Source: a virus
DNA length: 64,000 nt
IMG/VR virus record: IMGVR_UViG_3300036828_000568
Span: 1 to 64,000 of that record
Reading direction: 5' to 3' (one strand)
In this document: piece after piece, positions 56,960-64,000 of the stretch
Position numbering within the stretch: the stretch's first letter is position 1
How the letters are laid out: every line of letters starts with the position of its first letter
Program-made: the position numbers and the translations under genes
Notes under the pieces: generated by a model
The model's database searches: none
What the model was told of the DNA's origin: nothing
The model's input: the letters and a program-made list of their open reading frames with translations, nothing else

Positions 56960-58515
56960 AAATAGTCATATCATCTGGCCACGGAAAATACATTCGTGGA
57001 GCCGAGGGTCTCATCGATGAAGTCGATGAAGCCCGCAGAGTGGTTGACCAGGTGGCAGAAATCCTTATCACTGCTGGAGTGCCGACTGTAGTATTTCATG
57101 ATAATACTAGTGATGATCAGGATGAAAATCTTAAACGTATTGTCGATTACCATAATGATCAAATACGTGATCGAGATGTCAGTGTACATTTCAATGCATA
57201 TTTAGATGAAGGTGAAACAACTCCTGATCCAAAGGGCACAGAAGTCTGGTATAAGACTCAAAATGCCTTAGCTGCGGAGGTAAGTGATTCTATTGCTGCT
57301 CACAGTGGTCTCAAAAACAGAGGTGCTAAACCCACGGATAATTTGTATTTTCTAAATGAGACGGATGAAGCTGCCATTTTAATCGAAGTTTGCTTTGTGG
57401 ATAGTCAAGCTGATTGTGATATTTATCGTGGGCGATTTGAAGATATTTGCTTTGCTATTGCAGAAAGCATTTCTGGAGAAACCATTTCCGGCAACCCTGA
57501 TCGTCCTGAAAAACCAGAACGTCCACCAGAAGGGCCGGACCATCCACCGACTGCACCAGAAGCTCGGCGTACATTGGAAGAAGGTGATGAAGGTGAAGAT
57601 GTTGCGGAAGTACAGCGTATTCTTGGTATACCTGATGATGGGGACTTTGGTCCTGCCACAGATTCTTGGGTTGCAGCGTTTCAAGCTGCATGTGGTCTTG
57701 ATGATGATGGTGTGGTTGGGCCAAACACATGGGAAGAATTAGATGATCTTGATACTAGAATGGAACAAGGCTTAGACGGCATTAGTGAAGAACTTGCTGT
57801 AAAGATTAATACTTTGGTCGAGCGTTCTGGGCTTGCAAATTATGAATGGGATGATCGGGGTGAGCCACCTCCCGGTTACATTGCCGGGATGGCTAAGACA
57901 TATGCTCTTGCAGTAACTCTATACCAAACTGGTAATCAGCCAATCTGGATTATGGGGAAGGCCGAGACTGGTGATTCTGATGACGATGCGTTAACATGGT
58001 ATCACAAAAAATTTGCAGATAAGGGAATGAAGAATGATAAGGATGGTATCGACACGTTGCGGCATTTATTTGTGATGATGATTGGTTTGGGGATGCGTGA
58101 AAGTTCTGGTAACCATTGGGAAGGCCGGGACATGTCTGCCGACAATGTTGAAGCTGATACATGCGAAGCCGGGTTATTTCAAACGTCGTGGAATATCAAT
58201 ACATGTTCGGATACAATACCTCGGCTGCTAAACGAGTATTGGGAAGACCCGAATGGATTCCAACCTACCTTTACTCATGGACTTTATCCTAATGCAAGTC
58301 AGCTAGATTGCTATGGAACTGGCGATGGAGCACGTTACCAATTTCTAGCACGATTTTCTCCAGCGTTTCATGTTCTTGTTACCGGTGTCGGAATGCGTTT
58401 GCGTGGTGGTGAAGAAGGCCATTGGGGACCAATTCGACGAGGTGAGGTTGATATAGTAAAAGAATTCGATGATCTTTTAATGGATGTTGAACGGTTAATG
58501 GATATAGAAGTCTAA
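56956..58515 (+). CDS. endolysin: Amidase_3 + PG-binding + lysozyme-like domain
   Basis: ISSGHG...E...SVHFNA...ILIEVCF; TL..GD.G.DV..VQ...DGDFGP.T...FQ...DGVVGP.TW; MRESSG...EAGLFQTS. Confidence 0.9.
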   Translation: MKIVISSGHGKYIRGAEGLIDEVDEARRVVDQVAEILITAGVPTVVFHDNTSDDQDENLKRIVDYHNDQIRDRDVSVHFNAYLDEGETTPDPKGTEVWYKTQNALAAEVSDSIAAHSGLKNRGAKPTDNLYFLNETDEAAILIEVCFVDSQADCDIYRGRFEDICFAIAESISGETISGNPDRPEKPERPPEGPDHPPTAPEARRTLEEGDEGEDVAEVQRILGIPDDGDFGPATDSWVAAFQAACGLDDDGVVGPNTWEELDDLDTRMEQGLDGISEELAVKINTLVERSGLANYEWDDRGEPPPGYIAGMAKTYALAVTLYQTGNQPIWIMGKAETGDSDDDALTWYHKKFADKGMKNDKDGIDTLRHLFVMMIGLGMRESSGNHWEGRDMSADNVEADTCEAGLFQTSWNINTCSDTIPRLLNEYWEDPNGFQPTFTHGLYPNASQLDCYGTGDGARYQFLARFSPAFHVLVTGVGMRLRGGEEGHWGPIRRGEVDIVKEFDDLLMDVERLMDIEV

Positions 58516-58530
58516 CCACAGGAGGCTTAA

Positions 58531-58692
58531 ATGCGAGATAAGGACAAGGTGCGAAGAATTCTTAACTACCCTGCGGGTGAAGGGCAACCTCCATCATTGG
58601 TAGCTGTTGGAACTCCTGCGGCTGTTCTTCAGCAAACTATTCCACTGAAACCACTAGAAGAAAAACCTGTCGCAGAAGAGGAAAAAGAATAA
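58531..58692 (+). CDS. 53-aa hypothetical protein (not in ORF track)
   Basis: AGGAGG RBS; coupled to next ORF. Confidence 0.55.
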   Translation: MRDKDKVRRILNYPAGEGQPPSLVAVGTPAAVLQQTIPLKPLEEKPVAEEEKE

Positions 58693-58898
58693 TGCCATAC
58701 ACAATCAGTAACCGGGTGCCTGCGCTTCTAACAGGTCCCCTAACTCATAAGTATTTTTCTAATCCTACTTCTAGGTTTCTATGGGTAAATGAAAAACCCT
58801 ACGTTAGCCCGAATTGGAGTCCAGGTCAGCTAACGACTGCTAAAATGCGGGTAAACACGGCTAAAATGCCCATTAGGAGGGTTAACAGAGCCCTTTAA
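58692..58898 (+). CDS. hypothetical protein
   Basis: TAATG-coupled; last + strand ORF. Confidence 0.55.
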   Translation: MPYTISNRVPALLTGPLTHKYFSNPTSRFLWVNEKPYVSPNWSPGQLTTAKMRVNTAKMPIRRVNRAL

Positions 58899-58901
58899 AC
58901 G

Positions 58902-58920
58902 GGGTTGCAGTGCCACTAAC
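58902..58920 (+). repeat. 19-bp direct repeat, copy 2
   Basis: identical to 9138-9156. Confidence 0.9.
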
Positions 58921-58972
58921 CCGCACGCTATGGGGTACGGTATACCCCCCACTTCAGCTAAATGTGGGATCT

Positions 58973-59437
58973 TCAGTTAAGTTTCTTGGTAATAGGAAAG
59001 AAGTCCGCAAATCGGCCAATACTCCTCGTTGCGTCATGAACTTCAAACTTTTCTAGCCGAGTAATTCCTTGGTCTCTATTAATCTTAGCATCACAACCAA
59101 ACTTTTCACCAGTTCTAAATTCTATTTGTACGTTCACAATTTCCCAGGCTTGAGGATCATGGGGTGAAATGCTACTAGGTAATTCAGAAGTGATTCCTTG
59201 AATTATTTTGGTTCTAGCCTCTGCCATATAGATTACAACATCTGGTTCTGAGTTCTTTACTAGGTCTTTAATTCCCTGAGCAACTATTTCCTTATGTGCG
59301 ATGTTCTGATAATAGACAGGAACTGCAAATCGTTTGTCATCTTTAATCAAAACAACCATCGGTTTGACTACTTTTTGAATAGCAAACATCGCACTTATTA
59401 GACTGAGTTCTTGGTCTACAAACTCACGAGGGTCCAT
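58973..59437 (-). CDS. hypothetical protein
   Basis: 154 aa; AAGGA RBS. Confidence 0.7.
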   Translation of the reverse strand: MDPREFVDQELSLISAMFAIQKVVKPMVVLIKDDKRFAVPVYYQNIAHKEIVAQGIKDLVKNSEPDVVIYMAEARTKIIQGITSELPSSISPHDPQAWEIVNVQIEFRTGEKFGCDAKINRDQGITRLEKFEVHDATRSIGRFADFFPITKKLN

Positions 59438-59696
59438 ACTTATATCCTTTTTTTATATCTTGGGCATAGGCCCAATCCCGCCATTTCTTATAAAGAAGAT
59501 ATGGAGCTTGATGACTCAAGCCTAATTCGTCACCTATTCTCCGCCAACGCATATTTTCCCTGTCTCTTAAATCAATGATCTTAAGAATTAGAGTAGGATT
59601 ACTAGGTTCGAAAGCAATTTTACGACCCTGAGGTCCTTTACGCGGTCTAAAGCCACCAGGAGCTTTACGATCGGGCACCATTTCTACACTAGCCAT
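59424..59696 (-). CDS. HTH DNA-binding protein
   Basis: IIDLRDRENMRWRRIGDELGLSHQ. Confidence 0.65.
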   Translation of the reverse strand: MASVEMVPDRKAPGGFRPRKGPQGRKIAFEPSNPTLILKIIDLRDRENMRWRRIGDELGLSHQAPYLLYKKWRDWAYAQDIKKGYKYGPS

Positions 59697-61171
59697 GATC
59701 TATACTCATCTCCTTGAAGGGTGGAACTAATAGTGATTTTCTTGCGCAGTGTTTTGATTAGCTTTTCATCTATTGTTCCACGAACCCGCAGGTCAATGTA
59801 GGTCACGGATCTAGTTTGACCTATACGATGTGCTCTATCCTCGCTCTGCTGCCTATCTTCATTGTCGAAACTGTTCGCATAGTATATTACCACATTACAG
59901 GCTGTCCAGGTATTCCCAAATTTTCCTACGCTTTGGTTACTCACGATGAATCTACATGTATCATCACGCTGAATCCGTCCTCTAGCCTCAAGACGTTCAT
60001 CTAACGACGTTTCTCCCCAGAAGCTGGCTGTACTTTCGGGACCGAATTCCTTGTGAAGGCGGTCCCGAATTTTTTCTAATGCTCGCGGCCATGGGCACCA
60101 TATGATTGCTTTATCAGAAGTTTGATGTAGTATTTCTACAACAGCATCAACCCGGTTTTCTGGGATATCTTCTACATTTCCCATTTCTGTTTTAACGTGT
60201 CCACATAATATGTGTTGAAGCTTGCCTAATTGGTCAAGCTTCTGGGTAGGACTAACAAACTCACCACTAGCAAGCTCAGCCATAGCTATATCACGTACAG
60301 AATTGTATATTCGTTCTTGTTCCGGGGTCATTTCTACATCCCAGAACTGGTAAATCTTGGGTGGTAAATCTAGAACATCTTTCTTCAATACCCGGTAGCT
60401 GTGTGTCATAATCTTTTGATTAAGTTCATCTAAATTACGATAATCAACTATGATAGTAGGCTTCCTATAAAACTTTCTATGGACTTCATCCATAACTCTA
60501 CTGGCAGCGGGCCGGAAGTCTATTTGTTCTGTGATTGCATACCGGTTTCTAAATCCCCAAAAAGTCTTCTGTCCTATAATTCGCCAGTCCAAATACCGGT
60601 ATTGAGTGTACAGATCCATCGGGCTTTCTGGAGCTACTAGTCCACTCAGTATACGACGGGCCACGAATTTGTCTGATAATTCATCTAGAATAAACTCGGT
60701 TCGCTTTGCACTTTCATGGCAGATAGTGGTCGATTCATCTATAACGCCAATGACTTTATGATCTTTAATAAATTCTAATAGATATTCACGTGCTTTACCT
60801 TCCCGGTTAAGGGCTTCAATATTCATTGTAAGGAATCGTGGACTCTTGGCATGAAGTAAATTTGCTTGCATCTGTCGGTGCGATGTGTTAGCACCACTCC
60901 GCCAGTAACCAATATTGAAAAATGAAAGTGTCTCTGGAGGGATCCACAATGTAAGTTCACCCGGTTCTTCTTCTGTACCTATCCAATTTAGATAGCACCC
61001 TTTCGGTGCTAGTATAACCAGATCCTGGGCTGTTCCGGCGGTAATTCTTGCCAGCCAATCGTCTATTATTGGCCTGGATTTACCTGTGCCTTGTTCCATC
61101 AACAAGGCATAGACGTCGTTATCCTTCAATAATTTTGCAGCAGTTTCTTGATGTTGATAAGGTAGTTCCAT
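59684..61171 (-). CDS. SNF2-family helicase
   Basis: PYQHQ, EQGTGKS, VIDEST, ILSG, LPPK, QSEDRAHRIGQ. Confidence 0.95.
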   Translation of the reverse strand: MELPYQHQETAAKLLKDNDVYALLMEQGTGKSRPIIDDWLARITAGTAQDLVILAPKGCYLNWIGTEEEPGELTLWIPPETLSFFNIGYWRSGANTSHRQMQANLLHAKSPRFLTMNIEALNREGKAREYLLEFIKDHKVIGVIDESTTICHESAKRTEFILDELSDKFVARRILSGLVAPESPMDLYTQYRYLDWRIIGQKTFWGFRNRYAITEQIDFRPAASRVMDEVHRKFYRKPTIIVDYRNLDELNQKIMTHSYRVLKKDVLDLPPKIYQFWDVEMTPEQERIYNSVRDIAMAELASGEFVSPTQKLDQLGKLQHILCGHVKTEMGNVEDIPENRVDAVVEILHQTSDKAIIWCPWPRALEKIRDRLHKEFGPESTASFWGETSLDERLEARGRIQRDDTCRFIVSNQSVGKFGNTWTACNVVIYYANSFDNEDRQQSEDRAHRIGQTRSVTYIDLRVRGTIDEKLIKTLRKKITISSTLQGDEYRSWLV

Positions 61172-61180
61172 CGTAGTTTA

Positions 61181-61621
61181 TTATAGCATGGCTGGTCTTG
61201 GAGTTAAACCCTTATGAATTATTTCATGGATTTCTTGAAAGTTCCAATTCCCAGGTCCTCCACCCCAACATGTTGCATGAACTCCTTCTAACCCATTATA
61301 AAACAGGGCATCTGCTTGATCCCCATTCATAAACCATAGCTCATCTATCCCTTCCCATTTTTTAGCATTAGGAATACGTCGAACAGCAATCCAAGCACTT
61401 GCACCATATCGGCAACGACGCATAAGCCATGCAACTTGAAATGAAGTGATATTTACAGCGTATGCATGAGTTCGTTTAAATTCAATCCAACCTTGTTTTC
61501 CCCAAGGGCTGCAAAATTCACTATCAGGAACTCCTGTAGATACTCCAGCAGTTTCAATAGATGTCCATTGATACTGAGGTAGTCCTAATCGGAATTCTTT
61601 TCTAAGTCCACCATCTTTCAT
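61181..61621 (-). CDS. VRR-NUC-like PD-(D/E)XK nuclease
   Basis: IET...GVPD...WIEFK...FQVAW. Confidence 0.75.
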   Translation of the reverse strand: MKDGGLRKEFRLGLPQYQWTSIETAGVSTGVPDSEFCSPWGKQGWIEFKRTHAYAVNITSFQVAWLMRRCRYGASAWIAVRRIPNAKKWEGIDELWFMNGDQADALFYNGLEGVHATCWGGGPGNWNFQEIHEIIHKGLTPRPAML

Positions 61622-62319
61622 GGTCGATGCAATAGGTAATCGAGTGTATAGACTAAGTCAGGTTCTAATCCTTCTTGTTTACGAAGCCATTGCAAATAAT
61701 CACGAGGAATATTTCTAAACTCTTGCCCACGATGTTTGCCGAAGTTAAGAGTTTTCAACCTAACCGGTAGGGAAGATAACCCCAACAGTTGAGCAGGGGT
61801 GTGGTGCTCTAACATTTTTTGAAGAAGGCTAGTGGTGACGGCTACATCATATAATGCTTGATGAGGAAACTTTCCGACAGGAAGGTCTGGTTTTAATTCT
61901 AACCAATATCGAAGAACCTGATTGCTATAGCTGGGAGCTCCTTGCCAAATATGCTGAGCTGCTCGCTTGGTACAAATCCATGGTACGTTAATCTCTGGTA
62001 AAAACTTAGAATCAAATGCTGCATTATGAGCGACCATAACAGAATCTTGCTTGATAAATGTTTGCAGATGTTGGATTGTGGTGTACCTGTCCCTTGCTCC
62101 CTTTTCTTTTGTGAGTAAATCTCTAGTAATGTGGTTGACAGCCTGGGCATGGGGATTAAAAACCATATTCAGAGGTTGTTCAATATAAGTTTCATAGCAA
62201 CCAACTTGTTCCCACACTTTACCGGTATGAGCTAGGTCAATCCACGCAACTTCTAAAAGCTTAGCTCCTTTATCAGGATCTAAGTCCGAAGTCTCAGTGT
62301 CTAGTACAATAAGATTCAT
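61618..62319 (-). CDS. DEDDh 3'-5' exonuclease (ExoX-like)
   Basis: LDTETS, VAHNAAFD, HQALYD; C-terminal FGKHRG...IPRDYLQWL. Confidence 0.9.
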   Translation of the reverse strand: MNLIVLDTETSDLDPDKGAKLLEVAWIDLAHTGKVWEQVGCYETYIEQPLNMVFNPHAQAVNHITRDLLTKEKGARDRYTTIQHLQTFIKQDSVMVAHNAAFDSKFLPEINVPWICTKRAAQHIWQGAPSYSNQVLRYWLELKPDLPVGKFPHQALYDVAVTTSLLQKMLEHHTPAQLLGLSSLPVRLKTLNFGKHRGQEFRNIPRDYLQWLRKQEGLEPDLVYTLDYLLHRP

Positions 62320-62321
62320 AG

Positions 62322-62355
62322 AAAAAATGGACCCCGCCTGCCGGGGCAGGGTCCA
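62322..62355 (-). terminator. intrinsic terminator
   Basis: minus strand TGGACCCTGCC...GGCGGGGTCCA then TTTTTT. Confidence 0.75.
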
Positions 62356-62370
62356 AGGCTGGGAACGCCC

Positions 62371-62775
62371 TTACGCGGCAGGCTTCGCCGTCGCCGGCTG
62401 AGCCTGTTGCGGAACTGGGACCACGGTCGGGCCGATGTGGATGAACTTGTGGTTTTCATCCCAACGCAGGTCGGCATAAATCATGCCTTCGGCCCGCTTG
62501 AAATCTTCCTTGATCTTTTCGACGTATGCCTTCACAGTCATACCAGTCTTATAACGCAGGAACCGCTGGTTTGCACCGCGAGCCTTGGCATTCTCCTTGA
62601 GCACGGTGATCACATGCTCATCGGGGTACTTGGGAAGACGCGGGCGGGCAACCGAACCCTCCGGCCGTTCCTTCTTTACTTTCGGAGCCTTGGGCTCCTT
62701 CTTTTCCCCTGCGGGAGCTGCGGGAGCGGCTGGCTTGGCAACAGGAGCAGGGCCTTGAGCCGGGTTAACTACCAT
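62371..62775 (-). CDS. basic Lys/Ala/Pro-rich putative DNA-binding protein (paralog of 12049 gene)
   Basis: GAGGAG RBS; RFLRYKTGMTVKAY...ADLRWD. Confidence 0.8.
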   Translation of the reverse strand: MVVNPAQGPAPVAKPAAPAAPAGEKKEPKAPKVKKERPEGSVARPRLPKYPDEHVITVLKENAKARGANQRFLRYKTGMTVKAYVEKIKEDFKRAEGMIYADLRWDENHKFIHIGPTVVPVPQQAQPATAKPAA

Positions 62776-62861
62776 GATATTCTCCTCTTATTTCTGGCTG
62801 TACTCTTCGTACATTATTCACTTAACACACCGAAGACAAAAAAGCAAGCCCTGAGAGAGAA

Positions 62862-64000
62862 TTATTTTTTTAACTGCCCCCAATTAGGACCACACTTTAC
62901 ATCAGTCAACATTGGAATGGTAATTACCGGCATAGCTTCTTCCATAATACGAGCACATTCCTTTGCTTGTTTCATATCAGTCAAGCTAAAACACAATTCA
63001 TCATGCAGTTGTAACACTGGTTGATATCCAGCTTTAACAAGATCTAACATGGCCTTCTTCGTTTGGCGTGCAGCACTCCCTTGAATCATTCTATTAAATG
63101 CTTTATGAACATGTGCTCGTTTTATTGGTTGACCATACCATGAATGATTAGGGTTACGTGTACGTCTAATGGCTTCATCATAAGGACATGCATATGGTAC
63201 TCCTGGTTCTGTAAAATCACGATACTCAATTGGTTCAAATAAATTAAAGTGATTACGAGCACCATCTATCAATTTTATATATCCGTGCTTTGCAGCATAG
63301 TTCATATATCGATCTGATGCTTCACGAACAAATGGTAGTTCAGCATCATACTGATTATAAACATCCCTTGCCTCATCTTCATCCATCCCTGTCATTAAAG
63401 CAAACTTCCTAATTCCAGCTCCATAAGCTTTTGCGAAGTTAGTATCCTTGGCGCGGGGGCGCTCAAGCCTAGTGATCTGTGCTACGTAATTATGAAAGTC
63501 TGTAGAAGGATCATTACGATACCGGTCAGCCGCTTTCTTTGCGCCACGCGCACGTAATAGTTCTGCTACGAATACGATTAACCGGTATTCTTGCTGTCTA
63601 TAGTCGATGCTGCACCAGAATTCCCCCTCTTCTGGTAGAAAGCAAGACCGTACAAGCGGAGCCCATGCATCATCCCTGCTAGGCATCTGCTGTAAGGGTG
63701 GGTCCGAGTAGCTAAACCGATGGCTTTTAGCTCCACCAGTTTCTGACTTGAATTGATTAATCGTTGGGTGTACTCTTCCATTATGAGCATATGCTACTAT
63801 GAATTTTTGTAAGAATTTGTCTGCTAGATCTGCTTGGTGCTTTATCTTTTGAACCATTCTTGGAAACCAGTGTCGATGACCTGTCATGACACTTTTATCA
63901 AATTTAGGATTTTTCTTTGCAGTAAATTCTTCAATTCGTATATCTAATTGTTCAAACTTCTTTTTTACCCATCGACTAGATCTAATATCTTTTAGACTAA
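62862..64000 (-). CDS. polA: family A DNA polymerase, 5'-truncated by window edge
   Basis: DYRQQEYR (motif A), RAKDTNFAKAYG (motif B, Phe at 762-equivalent), LHDEL (motif C); frame stays open to the window end. Confidence 0.95.
   Translation of the reverse strand, partial: SLKDIRSSRWVKKKFEQLDIRIEEFTAKKNPKFDKSVMTGHRHWFPRMVQKIKHQADLADKFLQKFIVAYAHNGRVHPTINQFKSETGGAKSHRFSYSDPPLQQMPSRDDAWAPLVRSCFLPEEGEFWCSIDYRQQEYRLIVFVAELLRARGAKKAADRYRNDPSTDFHNYVAQITRLERPRAKDTNFAKAYGAGIRKFALMTGMDEDEARDVYNQYDAELPFVREASDRYMNYAAKHGYIKLIDGARNHFNLFEPIEYRDFTEPGVPYACPYDEAIRRTRNPNHSWYGQPIKRAHVHKAFNRMIQGSAARQTKKAMLDLVKAGYQPVLQLHDELCFSLTDMKQAKECARIMEEAMPVITIPMLTDVKCGPNWGQLKK

Noticed and set aside
1-64000. tRNA genes, integrase or prophage boundary
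   Set aside because: No cloverleaf, catalytic recombinase or host genes recognised. Lifestyle cannot be settled because the genome extends beyond the window.

Overview
The window is a large part of a tailed dsDNA phage genome with contractile-tail (myovirus) architecture. The host is probably an alphaproteobacterium (Hyphomicrobiales/Bradyrhizobium-like), inferred from two VPGP-x-x-G-x-GLPGL sorting-signal proteins. Layout: (1) 1-13.4 kb, + strand: many small early ORFs with sigma70-like promoters, an AEP-type primase and a NusG-family protein. (2) 11.6-13.9 kb: a repeat-rich, largely non-coding zone. (3) 13.9-21.1 kb, - strand: accessory genes. (4) 21.4-58.9 kb, + strand: packaging, head, tail, baseplate, fibre and lysis genes. 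(5) 59-64 kb, - strand: SNF2 helicase, PD-(D/E)XK-like nuclease, DEDDh exonuclease and family A DNA polymerase (cut by the window edge). The standout element is at 17890-19682. A 273-aa IS110/Nop-domain protein with no nuclease domain is followed, starting inside its stop codon, by about 27 tandem 36-nt units. Each unit has two alternating 9-nt repeats and two variable 9-nt spacers. This matches a TIGR-Tas (TasA-type) RNA-guided DNA-targeting system, not an IS110 transposon or a CRISPR array. All calls come from reading motifs by eye; no database search was run. No tRNA, rRNA or full integrase gene was seen.
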